Translations under genes and position numbers: made by a program
Part shown: positions 1-12,579 of the stretch, piece by piece
Position numbering within the stretch: the first letter of the stretch is position 1
How the letters are laid out: every line of letters starts with the position of its first letter
The notes under the pieces: model-generated
Database searches by the model: none
Told to the model about the DNA's origin: nothing
Seen by the model: only the letters and a program-made list of their open reading frames with translations
Source: Parasitella parasitica NRRL 2501
Lineage: Eukaryota; Fungi; Mucoromycota
NCBI GenBank assembly: GCA_025201805.1
Contig: MU619283.1
Span: 116,306 to 180,305 of the forward strand
Direction of reading: 5' to 3'
Length of the DNA stretch: 64,000 nucleotides

Positions 1-560
1 GAATGAAGCTAGTAATTTTGATGATTGTTGCAGATTCTTGTGTGGTGATGTGTTCATCCTGATCTTGAAGGTAAGCGTCTGTGATATCTTGCGTGGCAAA
101 CAATGCTGATCTTGCAATGTTGACTAACTGATTGATTCTTTTTCTAGATACATTAGTATTTTTCCCTTTCTCGTAATCCTCTCTATCATCAGTATCGCTT
201 TCTTGACGCTTTCCTTGCTTCTGCTGCTGCTGCTGTTGCTGCTGCTGCTGTTGCTGTTGCTGTCTTGGATTTCTGTCTCTTTCCGCTTGCTACATACATT
301 CCGAGTTACGACATTATGACTTCCTTTGAAAACCAGACGACCCCTACCTCTCTTTTAAGTACTTGCTCATATGTATCGATTCTCATTTGGCACATATCTG
401 CTGCCTCATGCTTCCCTTTCTCTTCATACTTGGCTTTTAGCTTCTTTTCATCAGAAAACAGCTTTCGTCTTCCATTTCTTGTCTTGTTCAGCACTGAAAT
501 TTCTGCCATTGGGATACTGTGTACTTTGGTCTACCACTTTCAAGCACAACTGAAAAAAGT
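1..560 (-). pseudogene. Degenerate coding remnant, possibly transposon-derived, running off the window edge
   Basis: Minus strand has consecutive coding-like segments in different frames (MAEISVLNKTRNGRRKLF..., a poly-Q segment, and MYLEKRINQLVNIARSALFATQDITD... open to position 1). They are separated by stops/frameshifts with no convincing splice sites. Confidence 0.3.
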
Positions 561-836
561 GTACTTTGGTTGGCACTACATAATTTAATGAATTTTGCAA
601 GTAATATACACAAGCAGCCACAAGCGGTTGTCTTCAGAAAGAAGTTTTGTTGTCATATTTTGAACAATATTGATAACGCTACAGTTAGAATACATGTTGT
701 TTAATGGCAATTGGACTAGCAAAGTAAATCAAAATCAGTTAAAAGGAGAGCGCTTGTGAACGAACGAGTTAATGGCCGAAACCATACAACATCTTCTTTT
801 ATAACTATAGGATAATATCCTTGCTTTGAAAATTAC

Positions 837-3800
837 TTAAATTTGCTCAAGGTAATTTGCAGGTACTAGCCCTTCCCGAGAACCATCGCCGGATCTGGCC
901 TTCCACCAGTCATCATTTTCTTTTTCAAGGATAGTAACTGACTCGCCCATCGTCAAATCCAAACACCCTTGTCCAGCTGGGCCTTCAAAATCGTAGAGAG
1001 CCTTTGCCTTGATATTTAATTCTGAAATATCTGGAACAAACGGTTATTTATATTTCGACATCTTGACTTTAAGCAATTTTACCTTCAGATTTGATTTGAA
1101 CGTAATTTCTAGGGAAATAACCGGCCGCCTCTGTCATTTTAGAGATGCCAAACCACCAATCTTCGCTCTCATTATTATCGCGGACAAGAATGATATCATC
1201 CTGAGAAAAGGCCAGATCATCGGGACCTGATCCTGGGTAATCCCATAGCGCAATGTATTCTTTGAAGCAAAGATATTAGGTTAGCTTCAGAAATATAAAG
1301 ATTAATAATTATGTGCAACTGAAGACTTACCATGTTGAGGAAGAGATTCATCATGTGCTGGTGTTTGATTGACAGCAGGCTCTGGAGCCGCTGCGGCAGG
1401 AGTGTTATGTGTAGCAGCAGGACTTGATTCACCAGTACGAGCCTGTAATTCAGCCAAGAATCCCCCGCTGGACAATGGTGCAGAAACAGGGACGGGAGCG
1501 GCAATTTCAGTGACAGCAGGTGCAGTCTGAACAGGTGTTGATGAAGGCCCATCCTGAATGACACGTCCAGAAATTGAAGATGCACTGCGATCGTTCGTAA
1601 CTGCCTTTCTTAACTTGGCACCAGATTGAATTTGATTCAGTAAAGCATGTCTCATGTCGCCGCCAGCAGCAGAGGGTGTTTGCTGTGGACTGGATGGCGC
1701 ATTAATTGTGGGTGCAGGCGGTGCGGGGGCCGGAGGAGGTGGGGGCGGAGGAATTGAGGTATCCACAGCCGGGGGAGGAGGAGGAGGTGGGGGAACACTG
1801 TTAGAATCGCTACCTGGGATATCAACTGGAGTTGTAAAGTCTATTTCATTAGGTTTGGGTGAGCCAGTCTCAGGCACAGAGTCTAATCCTAATATTTGTA
1901 ATGTTGGCTTTCCAAAGATACAATAAGGCCATTAAAACTCATTTACCTCTCTTACTCATGGCACTGAATAGCATGCCGGCTAAATTCTTGGCACTTCCAG
2001 CAGCAGGGAATTCGTTTTCATCATCTGAATCATCATGACCATCCCAACCATCATCGTCTTCGGAATCAGAATCTCCCTTTGCACCTCCCTTTGTAGCAGA
2101 AAATGCAGAGAATGCTGCGAAAGGATTGTAGCTGACACGTTTCTTGGAAAGTTCATTGGGCTTTTCTGCTTGCGAAGATCCAGCTGGAGAAGGGGCTGTG
2201 GCGGCAGCTTGTTGAATCTTTGCAAAAGGGTTATTGCTGCTGGTACTGGCACTCGGTGTTACTGGACCTGAAGGAGCTGCTGTTGTGTTGGTTGATGATG
2301 GTGTTGCTGGAGCAGGAATAGCAGAAGGTGATGACAGAACTTCTTCAGGCTTGTGCTCCAATTTTTTGGCAGCCTCAGCAGCTTCTTCTTCGCGCCTAAT
2401 AGCATCAAAACGAGCTTGTCTATCCGCTTCTTCTTTAGCCAAAACTTGTCTTCTTCTTTCCTCCATTTCTTTTTCTTCATCCAAGCGTCTCTTTTTCTCA
2501 TTTTCTTCATCTTCAGCTCGACGACGAGCGTCTTCTACTCGTTCCTTCTCCAAATCATCGAGACGCTTGCGCTCGATTCTTTCTCCTTCACGGATACGTT
2601 CCAATTCAGCCTCTCTCTTCTTACGATCTGCGTCTTCTCTTTGATTGACCGAAGCACGCAGCATGTCTTGCGCTTCGCGTTCAGCATCACGAAGTCGTTC
2701 TATAGGGTTATGAAATGAGATTAGAGAATCGAGTATGTATATGTTTGCTTACGTTGAGCTGCTTCCTCTGCTTCGTTCGGCTTACTGACAGGTGGTGTAG
2801 TAGCTGCTGGTGCTGCTGAAGGTTTAGGAGAGCTACCGGGGTTTCTTCTCGCTTGAATTGCAGCTAAGCGCTCTTGAACACGACGTTCAGCTTCCTTCTT
2901 GATTTCCTCAGCTGTGCGAGGACGGGCAGGCGCTGTTTGAGGCTTGGGGCTAGCTGTACCAACAGATGGACTTTGATATGCACTGCCAATAGATGCTCCA
3001 ACAGAAGACGGGCTTGTCGCAATAGAGTTTGTTGTTTGATGGAGAGCATAAGATGGGTAATCTGCTTTCCTGCTGTCCAATTGTTCGATGAAACGACGCA
3101 GCTCATACGAAAGATCCTGGCCATTTTCAAATCGTTTCTTGTCTTCCAAATCTTTGGAGGCAATCATATCTTCCAAATACTTCAAATCACCACGCATGTC
3201 CAGCAAAGCAGTTCTAGACTTTTCCATCTCACGCTCGACACTATCTGCTTTGCGATCAGCCTCTTCCTTTTCTTCCTCGGCACGACGAAGTCCAAAGTTC
3301 GCATCTGTGCTGGATCCACTGTTACCGGCTTTACGGGCAGCCATCATAGCCTTAGCTTTTGCTCGCACACGGTCACTCTCTGTGATGGATCCACCGGGAC
3401 CCGTAGGTTGAATAAAAGTCATAAAGTCCTGGCTACCATCATTTTTTCTAGAGTGGCGAACTTTGGCGTCTCTTAATTCTGCAGCAGATCCACGCAACTG
3501 ACGAGCCAAGACAGGGATATCGCGATTGCATAAATATTGAATTTCGTCCTGAAGCGACTTCTGAGTTTCGAGCAACCCCATCAAAGTTTCGGCATTTTCT
3601 GCAAATTTGACAGATGCAGAATTGTTGCGGGAAGCATTGTTAAGATCATCTTGCGTACGCCTGATCTTTTCCTTGAGTTCTTCCAAAGTATACTTGCCGC
3701 TGGCACTGTAGGAACTACTGTTGTAAGACGTGGGCTCGGGGATACGTTGCAGAGTTCGTTTTGTCTCAGAGATTTGGCGACGAAGATCTTCCAAAATAGC

Positions 3801-4687
3801 AACATCGGCTTCATCATCGTCAGAATGATTATCATAGCGAGAAGAATAACGTCTGCTACTGGCAGATTGAGGGCCCTTTCTGCGAGAGCTTGACACATAA
3901 TCACGTTGATTGTTATTGTAAGAGGAATCGTCCTCTTCCTCTTCTTGGTGTTGACGATTTGGAGAGGCATTGCCGCCAAACGATGGTGTAGAGGGTGGCG
4001 GACGGCGGCCCAAAACAAACTTTTTGAGCACGCTTGACGGAGGCTTGAGCTCGGCAGGTAGGACTGAAGGAATCTCAAAGCCGTTCATTTTACGATATAC
4101 CAAATGCATTGCAATCGAAAACTCGTCAATGTCAAGACTGCCTCTATTTTCACTATCTGCCAAGTTCCAAATCTTCATCAGATCAGCAGGAGGCAACTGA
4201 GATTGAGTCAATACATCTTTTGCAGTATCTCCAGACATGAATCCAGATCCTGAACCTTCCCATGCATTGAAAATGTCACGATATCGTTGTTTATCTTCGG
4301 GACTGATTTTCCATGGTAAGAGATTAGCATCTGAAGTGCCGAGACTAGGATTGAGGAAGTTGGTAACGCCGTTTTGGTTGGGCATCATCTTTTTGGCAAA
4401 TTCCAAGTTTTGAAGACGGGGTTTGCTGAGGGCAACAGGAGGCATAGAGGGCTGAAAGCCTGTTTGCATAGGAGCTTGGTAGTTGTTGCTACTCATGTTG
4501 TAGCCTGTTTGCATCGGCAGTTGAGGTACAGGTGGTGGAGTAGGTCTAAATTGATTTTGCATGGGCATTCCTGTCATCATTGGCATTTGAGATGGTAAGC
4601 CAGTCGTTTGGGGCAGCATACCGGTCATTTGTGGTTGTTGCATCCCAGTTATCATATACTGTTGTTGTTGATGTTGTTGTAGCGAGG

Positions 4688-4718
<31 letters not shown>

Positions 4719-5298
4719 AGGGACGCTAATATTCACCAATTGCTGAGATGATTGGTTGCTTTCAGTAGACGCAATCGTTGCCATGGCAACCTCTGTTTCC
4801 TCTCTTACATTTGGTGGAAGCGAAGAAGGGAGTGCCTGTCCTGTTAGTTTCTTTGAGGTCAAAAACATGGCAACTGCAAACTCTGGAAAGGTCAAGAAGG
4901 GAGCGTTTACAATCGAGGCAAGATCCCTAAACAAAAAATATGTTGAATATTTATCTGTACAACGCTCTGAGCACTTTATGGTACCAAATCTTTGCCAAGG
5001 AATCATTATCCAGATTCGAACGCCTAAGAAGCTCACTGACCGCGTTGGCTTTTTAGACTAAAAATCAGTATTCATGATTTTAGATCTGTGCGAAATGCAG
5101 AATTTACCGGGAATCTTATTTCCACCATGAGAAGCAGCACTTTGGGCAAACAATTGTTCAAATTTTGATTGATCTGTTTGAGTTAAAAAGCTCAAGCGAA
5201 CACCTTGTTACGATGTTAATTTGCTGTTTCTGCATATTTATGCATTTATTAGTTCTACCTTTTGAAGGGCCCGATTGACCTCCAGGACTATTGAACAT
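837..5298 (-). CDS. PAN1: Pan1-like endocytic scaffold: 2x EH, coiled coil, NPF motifs, acidic-Trp motif, proline-rich region, WH2, 2x SH3 (multi-exon)
   Basis: Start MFNSPGGQSGPSK at 5298, then RLSFLTQTDQSKFEQLF. EH motifs: LAKIW/DLASIV...FPEFAVAMFL and LMKIWNLADSENRGSLDIDEFSIAMHL. QxTG-type repeats (MQTG/QMTG). Pan1-type ITESDRVRAKAKAMMAAR. WH2 ALLNQIQSGAKLRKAVTNDRS. Spliced exons 1083-1259 and 837-1030 encode SH3 domains; stop TAA at 837-839. Confidence 0.88.
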
Positions 5299-5358
5299 TC
5301 TATTGATTTTACTGCGTTAAACAAACAATATATGTTTTTATTCAAACAAAAAATCAAG

Positions 5359-5393
<35 letters not shown>

Positions 5394-5497
5394 AAAGCGA
5401 AAGGGAAAAGGAAGAATAATTGAAAGAACATGAAATGCTTCTTGTTTTGGATTGTCGTTAAATGTCCGCATTAACCCACATCACCACCACCACATTG

Positions 5498-8400
5498 TTA
5501 TTCGTCAATTGATGCTGGATGCTTGAGATATAATTGATGTACTTTTGTTTGATCTTGATCGGCGTGTAACATGGAAACATGGATGATGATTGCAGATGAA
5601 TTGTCCTTTCGACTCGTGTAGAGGCATTTGATTTTGTTGCCAGCAATAGCTTGGACAAATGCAGTCTATATTTACAGCAGAGTGAGCGTTTCCTCAAGTG
5701 AACACCATATGCATATCAACTTACAGTTTCTAAATGTCTAATTTCGATGACGCTGGATGAAAACGCAATTAAATATGGATAGTAGACAACAACTGACTTT
5801 GCTTCAGACTCGAACTCGATTTCTTGTTGTAATGAGTCTGCGTTTGTGTCTGCTACAGGACATGCAAATTGCGCGCTACAAATCAAGCCTGTGCCTGGTT
5901 GATTTAATGGGACGTAGCCTATAGTTGTTAAGGCAGGATCATCTGCCTGATGAGTCCCAATCATAGATACATGATAAGGTGCAGGCAGGTCGATACGATG
6001 AGAGTATTTAAGAGCATTCTCATGTAGATTCGAGGACAACCCTGCTGTAACCCAACTGAGGATATCCACTTTTTCAATGCCTTCTGCTTTTGATCGAATA
6101 TATACATGACCATCAATGATCTTTAGATCAGACGGTTGGATAAAGAGAGGTTTGTATTCCTTGAACTTCCTGAACCATGATTGCTGCGTAGTCCCGTCTG
6201 TTTTGTAAAACATCAATACGAGACGAATAGACCCAGTGCGACGACGTCGTAAATAACAAAGAATCGGCTCCCCACCCAATGTACCAACAGCAAAATGAAC
6301 GACGCCTGATTTCTGCAGTATGTGAACATCTTTAAAGCTTGTGAAGCTGTCGCTATTCGTTGGCGACATTGTTGTCACTACATTGGCTGCGTCTGAGGGA
6401 GGGTAAATATCGTCAATTAAGATCACGCCAAGCATTCTATTTGGCTTTGAACTTCTTGCTATAATCATCTTGTTGTCGAATAACTCCAACTGATGGCAAT
6501 TGCATGACAGAATAGGCTTGAATAATTCAGACCCGTCTCTGTAAGCTACCCACACACCGTACTGACTTCCTAGTGCAATGGCATTTCTACCATCTGAGGT
6601 GGTAAATGGCAACGAGCACCAAATTGTGCCACATCCTGTTGCGTATCTGCCGTTGACGCTTTGTAACTGAGAGCAATTCAAATTGCTGCAGATCAATTCC
6701 AATCCAAAGGGCCCGTAATCAGGGTTTGGGAGTATCGACTTGATTTTATTCTTCCACATCAATCGATTTTCGGTGGTGGGGCATTCAAAGAGATAATTCA
6801 GGTTTGGGTCAGCAATGTGATGTATTTGCAGCAGTCTTGATCTCAAGATGTGTGGTGAATCAGCGCGAGAGGGGTAAGATGCTGATTTTTGTAAGAGAGA
6901 GGGCGGCATGTTGAGACTAGCTGCTGTCGGGAAAGTAGCAGCAGTAGTAGCAGCAGTAGCAGCAGTAGCAGCAGTAGCTTGGAGTGACGATAGCTCTGAC
7001 TTGTTTCTTTTTCGAATACGCTGTTTGATGCTTTTAATACGATGGCGTATCTTTAAGCCTGATATGGTATAAACATCTGAGTAGATGGATGAGCCTTCAT
7101 CAGACTGGGCATTTGACTCCACCGATGCTGCCGTCATGCTTACGTATCTATTACTGCTATTGTCACTGTGGCTCCGGTAATGATGATGGTAGTATTGCTT
7201 CTTGATCGACGACAGTAGGCTGGACTGACGATGGGAGATCATCCTGGAGCGAGCCGCTGTTGTTTTCCCAATCCTCAGCATGTAAATAGGTATCGGTTTG
7301 TCGACCAAGATGAATTCCACATCGCCATCAGCTGTTGTGCGTTTCCGTGCGATGATTAGTACATTTGTAAACAGAAATAGCTGGCATGTGGTGGGCGGAA
7401 TGGGCGGCGGCTTTGTTAGACTCACTGAGCCCTCAAATAGCAAGCCGACATTGTCCGGCAAAATCTGCTGCAATCTATGCTGATAGCGGATGCTAGGCCT
7501 CTTTACGCGCAAGCCAAATTTGATTTCCATCAGTCTCTGCTCGGCTTCAGCATTCCGAGTGGCTTCGTTTATTTTGTGTAAGATATCACCTAATAAAGTT
7601 ATGGTTTTGGTCAGGATATCACGGTCGTCCTGTTCTGAATTCTTTAAAATTGTATCAAACAGCAGGTCGTACTTTGCCATCCTCACAATTGGCGATATAA
7701 GCAAACCTTTGAGTGGGATGCGAAAGTCCTTTTCGGTAGCTTCTTGCTCCTCAATGAATTGAGCGAATGCAGGATTTTTACTGTATTCCATAGTGTACTG
7801 GTATTTGGCAAACACATGGTTTGAAACATATCGAATGTAAGGGTCGATCATTCGTGAAAAATGCTTGTATAATAAATTTCCAATTATGGTTGAATCAGGA
7901 AACAAGTTGAAATTGTTTGAATCTCTGGAGCCATCCAAATCTCGAGCAAGCTTCTTATGGTGGTTTGCTAAAACATGGTAGTTTCCAAATAGTGTATCAT
8001 GAAACGAGTATCGTCGCAACTCGTCAATAGTTGTTTGCGAAGCGAGCAGTGGTCGTGCAAATACGTCTCGAATAACGACAAGCTGTTTCAAGAAATTATT
8101 CTCATAGCTCTCGAGCTCTTCTATCGCAAGCTGTCTCTTTTTCTCTGTGGGGGTTAATTCCTCAAGGACGTAGCGAGGTATCTTGGAGGTCCAGTCCTAA
8201 TCGCAGATGCTTAGCATGTCATGTATCCGTCATACTACGATCATTGTCGCTTACAGTGTGATCTTTTTCGTCGTTAATGTGGGCGGTATTGTTCAGATAA
8301 AAACCGCTCCATTTCCGGTTTGGACAGCAAGGCGAGTAGCAATTCTCGGTCGACAATGGCTCGCAAAGTGGAGAATAGCATCGGGTGACATTCACAAGGA

Positions 8401-8800
8401 TGCCCTGTGTCGTAACATCGTTTATCAAATATATGTTTTTGGAGGAGGGCACCAAGATCCTGTTTTCTACGAGTGAATCAAAAAAATGTTCTTTAAACTC
8501 TTCTCCTATTGTTTGGGCTGTCAAAACTGATTGGCAAGCATCCTACGAAAATCCATGTTAGCTCACTGCTACTCGCAATTTTTTTTTTTTTTTACCAGTG
8601 CTTCATTTTTGGTGATTTGAGCATACTGAGCCTCTTTTACAAATGATTTTGTCAAGATAGAAAGACAACCGCTGTTGTTTTCAAAAGTTGAAGATGTGGA
8701 AGAGGATCCACTTGACTACAGAGGAATTAGCATAGAAAAAAAAAAAAAAGAGACTAATTGTAGTCCCCCTCCCCACGCCCCTTACACTTGCTTTAAGCAT
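5498..8800 (-). CDS. Rho guanine nucleotide exchange factor, DH-PH-CNH architecture (Rom1/2/Rgf-like)
   Basis: DH features (LLISPIVRMAKYDLLFDTILK), PH (QLFLFTNVLIIARK...LVDKPIPIYML) and CNH (IALGSQYGVWV; YYPYLIAFSSSVIEIRHLET). Upstream exon has the Cys-rich RCYSPLC...CYSPCCP segment seen in fungal Rom/Rgf GEFs. Last exon TAFVQAIAG...ASIDE* ends at 5498. Start codon uncertain. Confidence 0.8.
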
Positions 8801-9249
8801 CCAATAAGCCTTAAAATGAAGAAGCAATAAGTAAAGTAAAAAGGAAAAAATAGGGGACATGTATTTATTTCTTTGGTTATAAAAAATCAGTATTTATATC
8901 ACGGGATACAGTATATGGTGAATCATTTGAACGCTTTGGTTGTACAGTGAAGGATGTCTTTTTTTCCGTGTCTTTGCCTGCTGTTCATCGACAAATGTAG
9001 TATGTGGAAGGTTCCAGCTCTATGTCTTACTGTTTTCTTCCAGCCGTCTTCTTTGATGTATTGGCATCAAAGGAAGGGCGTTCAAGGAGAGGAATTTCGC
9101 ACATATCAAAGGGGTTGTTTTCGTGGTAGTCTTTTTTAGTTGTGTGTAGCCTACAAACAATAAACTCAATGCTTTGGGTGCCCGATTCACAAGAGATGAT
9201 CTTGATACTCCTCTGGAACAAAACAATCATTTTCTTTCTTTTATTCTGT

Positions 9250-10316
9250 ATGACCACCTTCAGCATGCCTTTGTCGATTAGAGATGACATTATGCCCTTT
9301 ACTAAATTGACTAGCAACTATTCATTACATGATTCGATAACCTCATTCGATTCGTCCGTCTCATCCGCAACTCCCACCACGACTCCTACAAGAAAAATAC
9401 ACAATGGTGACCAAGAAACCCGAATTAAACAACTTAACAATCAAGTAGAGCAACTGTCATTGTCCAATGCTCGGCTCGCAAGAGCTAACCGTAACCTAAA
9501 ACTAGAGTGTGAGCGGATTATAGACGAAAAGACGACAGATTTAAAGCAGGCTTTGAAATCATCAATAGAACAAAATATTAGACTGCAACGAGCGAACCGA
9601 CTTTTGAAAGATGATTACTTTAGCAAAACAGTAAAGTAAAATAATTGGAATTGAAACATAGTAAGAAATAGTTAACTAATTCTACGCAGGAAGAACTGAA
9701 CAATATAAAAATGGATCAGATACGAAAAATGAAGGATATGGGTCCCGAGTATGAATACTTGGTCCAAGTAGTCAACTTGATGTATCGGCAGTTAGCTGGA
9801 AAATCCAATTGCGAATCAACATGCTGCTTTACCGATAAACCCCTCCACTCTAGCAGCTCTCTCATCCTTGCACCGCAAAAAGAAGATGATGAAATGAAGC
9901 ACATATGCAGACCTGAAATCAAATCTCACAATATACCAACTGGAAGCATAGCGTCTGTACTAGAACAAGAAAACAATCAACTGAAAGATGACATGGACAT
10001 ATTAATAGAAGATAGAGATGCACTATACCAACTTTTAAAGGATAAAGAAGAAGACAATGAAACGCTAAAATACGAGCTAAAAGTGAAAGATGATATTGTT
10101 AAAAAACTGGAAAATGATTTTGAAAAAATGGAAATGGAAGTAACTGATTTGCAAAAGGTATGGTTTTCGGCACATTAAAACTGTATACATGCTATGCATC
10201 TAAGTGATACATATATTTAGGACTGGTGTCATAAATCCTTGAATAGAAACAACGAGATTCGAACGCCAGAGAGCTCTTTCTCTGATCTGCATGCATTTCC
10301 TTCCGTGCCAACATGA
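9250..10316 (+). CDS. Hypothetical coiled-coil protein (3 exons)
   Basis: ORFs 9250-9632 and 9690-10157 joined by GT-AG introns. Heptad-rich (LSLSNARLARANRNLKLE; QNIRLQRANRLLKDD). Final exon DWCHKS...PSVPT* ends at 10316. Confidence 0.75.
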
Positions 10317-10392
10317 TGACGACGCTTAACAATATAACAATGAAATTAAATACCGTACTAATAATAAAGTGTGGCAATTTTCTCGTATGAAT

Positions 10393-10424
<32 letters not shown>

Positions 10425-11234
10425 NNNNNNNNNNNNNNNNNNNNNNNNNNNNNNNNNNNNNNNNNNNNNNNNNNNNNNNNNNNNNNNNNNNNNNNNNNNN
10501 NNNNNNNNNNNNNNNNNNNNNNNNNNNNNNNNNNNNNNNNNNNNNNNNNNNNNNNNNNNNNNNNNNNNNNNNNNNNNNNNNNNNNNNNNNNNNNNNNNNN
10601 NNNNNNNNNNNNNNNNNNNNNNNNNNNNNNNNNNNNNNNNNNNNNNNNNNNNNNNNNNNNNNNNNNNNNNNNNNNNNNNNNNNNNNNNNNNNNNNNNNNN
10701 NNNNNNNNNNNNNNNNNNNNNNNNNNNNNNNNNNNNNNNNNNNNNNNNNNNNNNNNNNNNNNNNNNNNNNNNNNNNNNNNNNNNNNNNNNNNNNNNNNNN
10801 NNNNNNNNNNNNNNNNNNNNNNNNNNNNNNNNNNNNNNNNNNNNNNNNNNNNNNNNNNNNNNNNNNNNNNNNNNNNNNNNNNNNNNNNNNNNNNNNNNNN
10901 NNNNNNNNNNNNNNNNNNNNNNNNNNNNNNNNNNNNNNNNNNNNNNNNNNNNNNNNNNNNNNNNNNNNNNNNNNNNNNNNNNNNNNNNNNNNNNNNNNNN
11001 NNNNNNNNNNNNNNNNNNNNNNNNNNNNNNNNNNNNNNNNNNNNNNNNNNNNNNNNNNNNNNNNNNNNNNNNNNNNNNNNNNNNNNNNNNNNNNNNNNNN
11101 NNNNNNNNNNNNNNNNNNNNNNNNNNNNNNNNNNNNNNNNNNNNNNNNNNNNNNNNNNNNNNNNNNNNNNNNNNNNNNNNNNNNNNNNNNNNNNNNNNNN
11201 NNNNNNNNNNNNNNNNNNNNNNNNNNNNNNNNNN
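10425..11234. other. Assembly gap (N run)
   Basis: Run of N flanked by poly-T/poly-A; the X-rich ORFs here are artefacts. Confidence 0.99.
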
Positions 11235-12579
11235 AAAAACATAAACTGAGGAAGTTTACTTGTATCTGAGTAGCTTAATATCTCGGCTACACCCTTACAA
11301 AGACGATTAGTCGTATTTTATCTTTATACTGCTTGATTGAATCACTTTCTTTGGAGTTAACTTCAACGAACCCGACTGATTAAATAGTCTGTTTTGTTTC
11401 GTTTTATGAATGTGACCCTCCGATGGTCTTTGGGCTTTCAACTCGTGAATTTGCTAATTGAGCTGTTTTAACAAGTAAGAATGTACAATAAACTAGTGAT
11501 CCATATTTGTAATTATTAACAGTGTAACACCTTCATAAGCTTAATTCGCTTGTGAATTGTGAAACACGATCGCTGTAAAATCAAAACACACTGAAATTCC
11601 AGGGTTTGCTTATGTCTATTCAGGAAATCTACTTTTAATTGATCACATGAGATATATTATGGGGTTTACTGCAGTATCCTTTCAGCCCAACCTCACCAAT
11701 CCCTCCACCTAACTGATTGAATGGAGAACACTTACTAAAACTATTGGCTACAATAATGAAAAAGTAAAATGACTACGCATCTTAATAGAAATCATTCAAT
11801 GTAAAGACTATCTTTCCACCAAGACTCACATTATTACGTCCATACATTCATCGGTATAGTATTTCATAGTCTGGCTGGTTTACTCATTCTCGTATTTGTT
11901 CTTTCGAAACAGAACAGCTAATGAGCGCTTTTTAATTATACTGATCTTCTTTGCAGCGAGGAGGATTAAATTTACAGGATCTCGTGAAGGCTGCCGTCAA
12001 CGTAATACCTCGTTTTTTTGTTTGTTATTGAAAGTCTAACCACTTGTTTATATTTATAGAATTGCCGTTGTAATCATCTTGCTCATGATAACAGTGCTCA
12101 TTAAATGTGCCAATAGTTGGGCTGGCATTGTGAATTGTGTTGTGATGAAGCATATAAAATCTTGCCAATTCATTATCAATGAATCCATTGTTTTTGTATT
12201 GATCCTATAATGTCTGTGTCGATGATGAGAGCGCTTTACCGGTGATCCATAAGCTGGTGCAACAGTGTCATTTCGGCAAACTCCTGAAGCCAGAAGCTCA
12301 ACACGATTCTGTGTCACATGAAGACGAAAAAATTTTCAAACGTATAAAAGACAGGTTAGTCCACAATTTGTGGATCTTTGGTTCCTTTTTTTTCTAATCT
12401 TTCTTCATATTACAAATTTTTCATAAAAAGAGAGAGACAGAGTATCACACAAGCTTTTCTTCTTTTTTTTATCCTTAATTTCCGTTTTACGAATTAGTTT
12501 GGAGATTTCCTTTTTTTTCTCTTCTTGGAAAAGGACAACTCTCTTTTAAGAGAAAAACCCCAACAACAACAAAAACAAC

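Noticed and set aside
1654-4600. Plus-strand ORFs antisense to PAN1 (similar ones over SMC6, POL1, FkbM, DUF3455)
   Set aside because: Shadow ORFs from codon bias and repeats of the real genes; no motifs.
10358-11249. Long X-containing and poly-F/poly-K ORFs at gaps (also 13853-14098, 41844-42443, 46079-46614, 57275-57512)
   Set aside because: Artefacts of N runs and homopolymers.
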